64,000 nucleotides of DNA from positions 369,005-433,004 of the forward strand of contig NMRA01000138.1 in assembly GCA_002633005.1 (NCBI GenBank), read 5' to 3'. Positions 62,091 to 64,000 of the stretch are shown here, piece after piece (the stretch's first letter is position 1; each line of letters starts with the position of its first letter). This stretch comes from Phoronis australis (lineage: Eukaryota > Animalia > Phoronida). A program made the translations under genes and the position numbers. A model generated the notes under the pieces. The model saw nothing but the letters and a program-made list of their open reading frames with translations, had not been told where the DNA came from and ran no database searches.

Positions 62091-64000
62091 GTTTACAAAG
62101 TTATGTGTCGTATTTTTATTGTTCTGTAGCGTGTTGTATCATGTTTTTCCATGTTGTTAGATATTATTGACTTTATTATTATGATTCATTGTTTATTTAC
62201 ATGTAATATGAAATGTAAAAATAAGTTATGGTTTTCTCTATCTGTCTCTAGGCACTTATGAAGCTTGCAGTTATATGGGTAAAAAGTGTATTTTGTCTTC
62301 TCTTCGATAGCTACAGGAGTACATTTACCCCTGGAAACGATCTTTTGTTACGATTGTTATCACTGTTGTGCAAAAATAACAACCGTTTCTAAAATATTCA
62401 AGTATTCATGACGACTTTCATTAATTCATTAATTACTCACCGTCGGAATAAAAAACTACAAAATACTAGCAACAGATCATCGTTGTCTACAACGTGATTC
62501 ACTACCTTTTTGAACTAATATAATTCTTTGTGTACATGTGGCACCTTAAATCATTAATATTTCTTGAGTTTAATTGGTTACAAGAGAAGTGTCAAGTGTT
62601 GTCGCATGAGTGTTCGTGAGTACGCATTACGCGTTCTTATCCTCAAATGAATAAATTAAACATCACCCCGAAGATGTGAGAATTCCACTCATCACTTGGA
62701 AAAATTGCGCTGGTATGAAAACAGTATCGCAACGAGTTAATTGGTTCAATGCATCCGTCCACTTCACAGCATCGATTGAGACAGGAATACCGTTTGTATA
62801 AATGATAAATACACAGCACAATGAAAACGAGCCTGTCACCACTTCAGACTTACACAGGGGCTGTTTGAGAAGCATCAAAATTTAATTAAGTCGATACTTT
62901 CTATTGTTGTCTTCGGAGGGGAAACTTGCTTGTTCGTATTAAATTAGTAGAGTGACGACTTTCGTCTACTTACAATATTGCGCACATGCGTAAGACTTTT
63001 AAGACGAATTCCTTGCAATGTGTTTAAGAAATTTTTCGCTTATTAAATTGCTGTTCAGAAAATCTGAGAAGGTACTTACCGACCCAGCGCCGGATTTAGG
63101 CTTTGAGGTGAGCGAGACGCTGGCGGGGATAGTCCCAGCATTTTTATTTTTTAACATGTATTGTCTACGGGCACCTGAAGCCTGAAACGTTTGCGGACTT
63201 AGACCGATGTCCGAGAAAATTTGATATGCACAGAATTCCAGTGCAAATTCATTCAGAGTTTCTGTATTAATGAATTGTTTACAAATTTAAGAAGTGGTCC
63301 TGGCATTTATCAAGGGACCCCTGGTAAAGTGGCATCAGTGATGTCATTAATTACCGCCTTGTGACTGTATTTTAAAGCGACATGATCTATGTTAAGGGTT
63401 CCCTCGATCACGACTTCAACTGTGGCTCTTATGCTGTACATGTTTTGAAACTGTATACCTTTTCCGTTAACTCAAACGGACCTGCTTTCGGATGGGTATC
63501 ACTTGCCATTCTTTTCCCGTTTTGAACATAGTAATACAATAATTCATGTTAAAGGGACCGTAAGGATCATGAAATGTATTGCCACTCTACTGCTGTTAGT
63601 GATAGACTCCTCTCGGAGGGCCCCCGTAATGCATTCAACTGGTGGGGTTTTTCTGTCTTCGAGAAAAATTGCATTCTGTCTTGTCAATGGAGTCCTTTTG
63701 GAGCGAGGCCCCGAGTGGAATTAACTGGCATTCACTCTTCTCTGTTTTTGTAATTATATTGTTACAAATTGATATCAAAGCACAAAATAATCTTCGAATG
63801 ATCACAAAAGTAACAAATATGACAATCGACATTCATATTTGCAAAAGGATTAGTAACACATCTAGGTATAATTTCATGCATCAGATAATGTCTATAATTA
63901 GACCATGATCACATGCCAAGGCAAATAGTTAGCGAGGTAAAATCACGCTTTGTGGCGACGCGTTCTTTTTACTCAAGAGGAATTCAAGTACACATGAGGT

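Overview
This is AT-rich eukaryotic genomic DNA from an invertebrate animal (probably a lophotrochozoan; inferred from the gene families and repeat content), not a prokaryotic locus. Two genes face each other tail-to-tail. (1) On the + strand lies the terminal coding exon (~665-1725) of a rhodopsin-class peptide GPCR of the FMRFamide/sex-peptide/GPR139-142-like type; its N-terminal exon lies outside the window. (2) On the - strand is a complete histidine decarboxylase (Hdc) gene, assembled by hand from 13 GT-AG coding exons (49580 to 6244; 1890 nt, 629 aa). It includes a 28-nt start exon separated from exon 2 by a ~28.7 kb intron, and a 20-nt microexon wedged between two trinucleotide microsatellites; the ORF track shows neither. 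The remainder is intronic or intergenic DNA dense in decayed LINEs (CR1-like, RTE-X-like, Crack/L2-like and an RNase H-bearing relic), tRNA-derived SINEs, hAT/piggyBac/Harbinger-like MITEs and simple repeats. There is also an inverted pair of decayed hammerhead-ribozyme motifs (Penelope-like) and a separate hammerhead-core candidate. Nearly all short ORFs in the track are spurious. I found no CRISPR array, operon or clearly new multi-gene system. The best leads are the Hdc gene architecture and residue changes and the ribozyme-like motifs.
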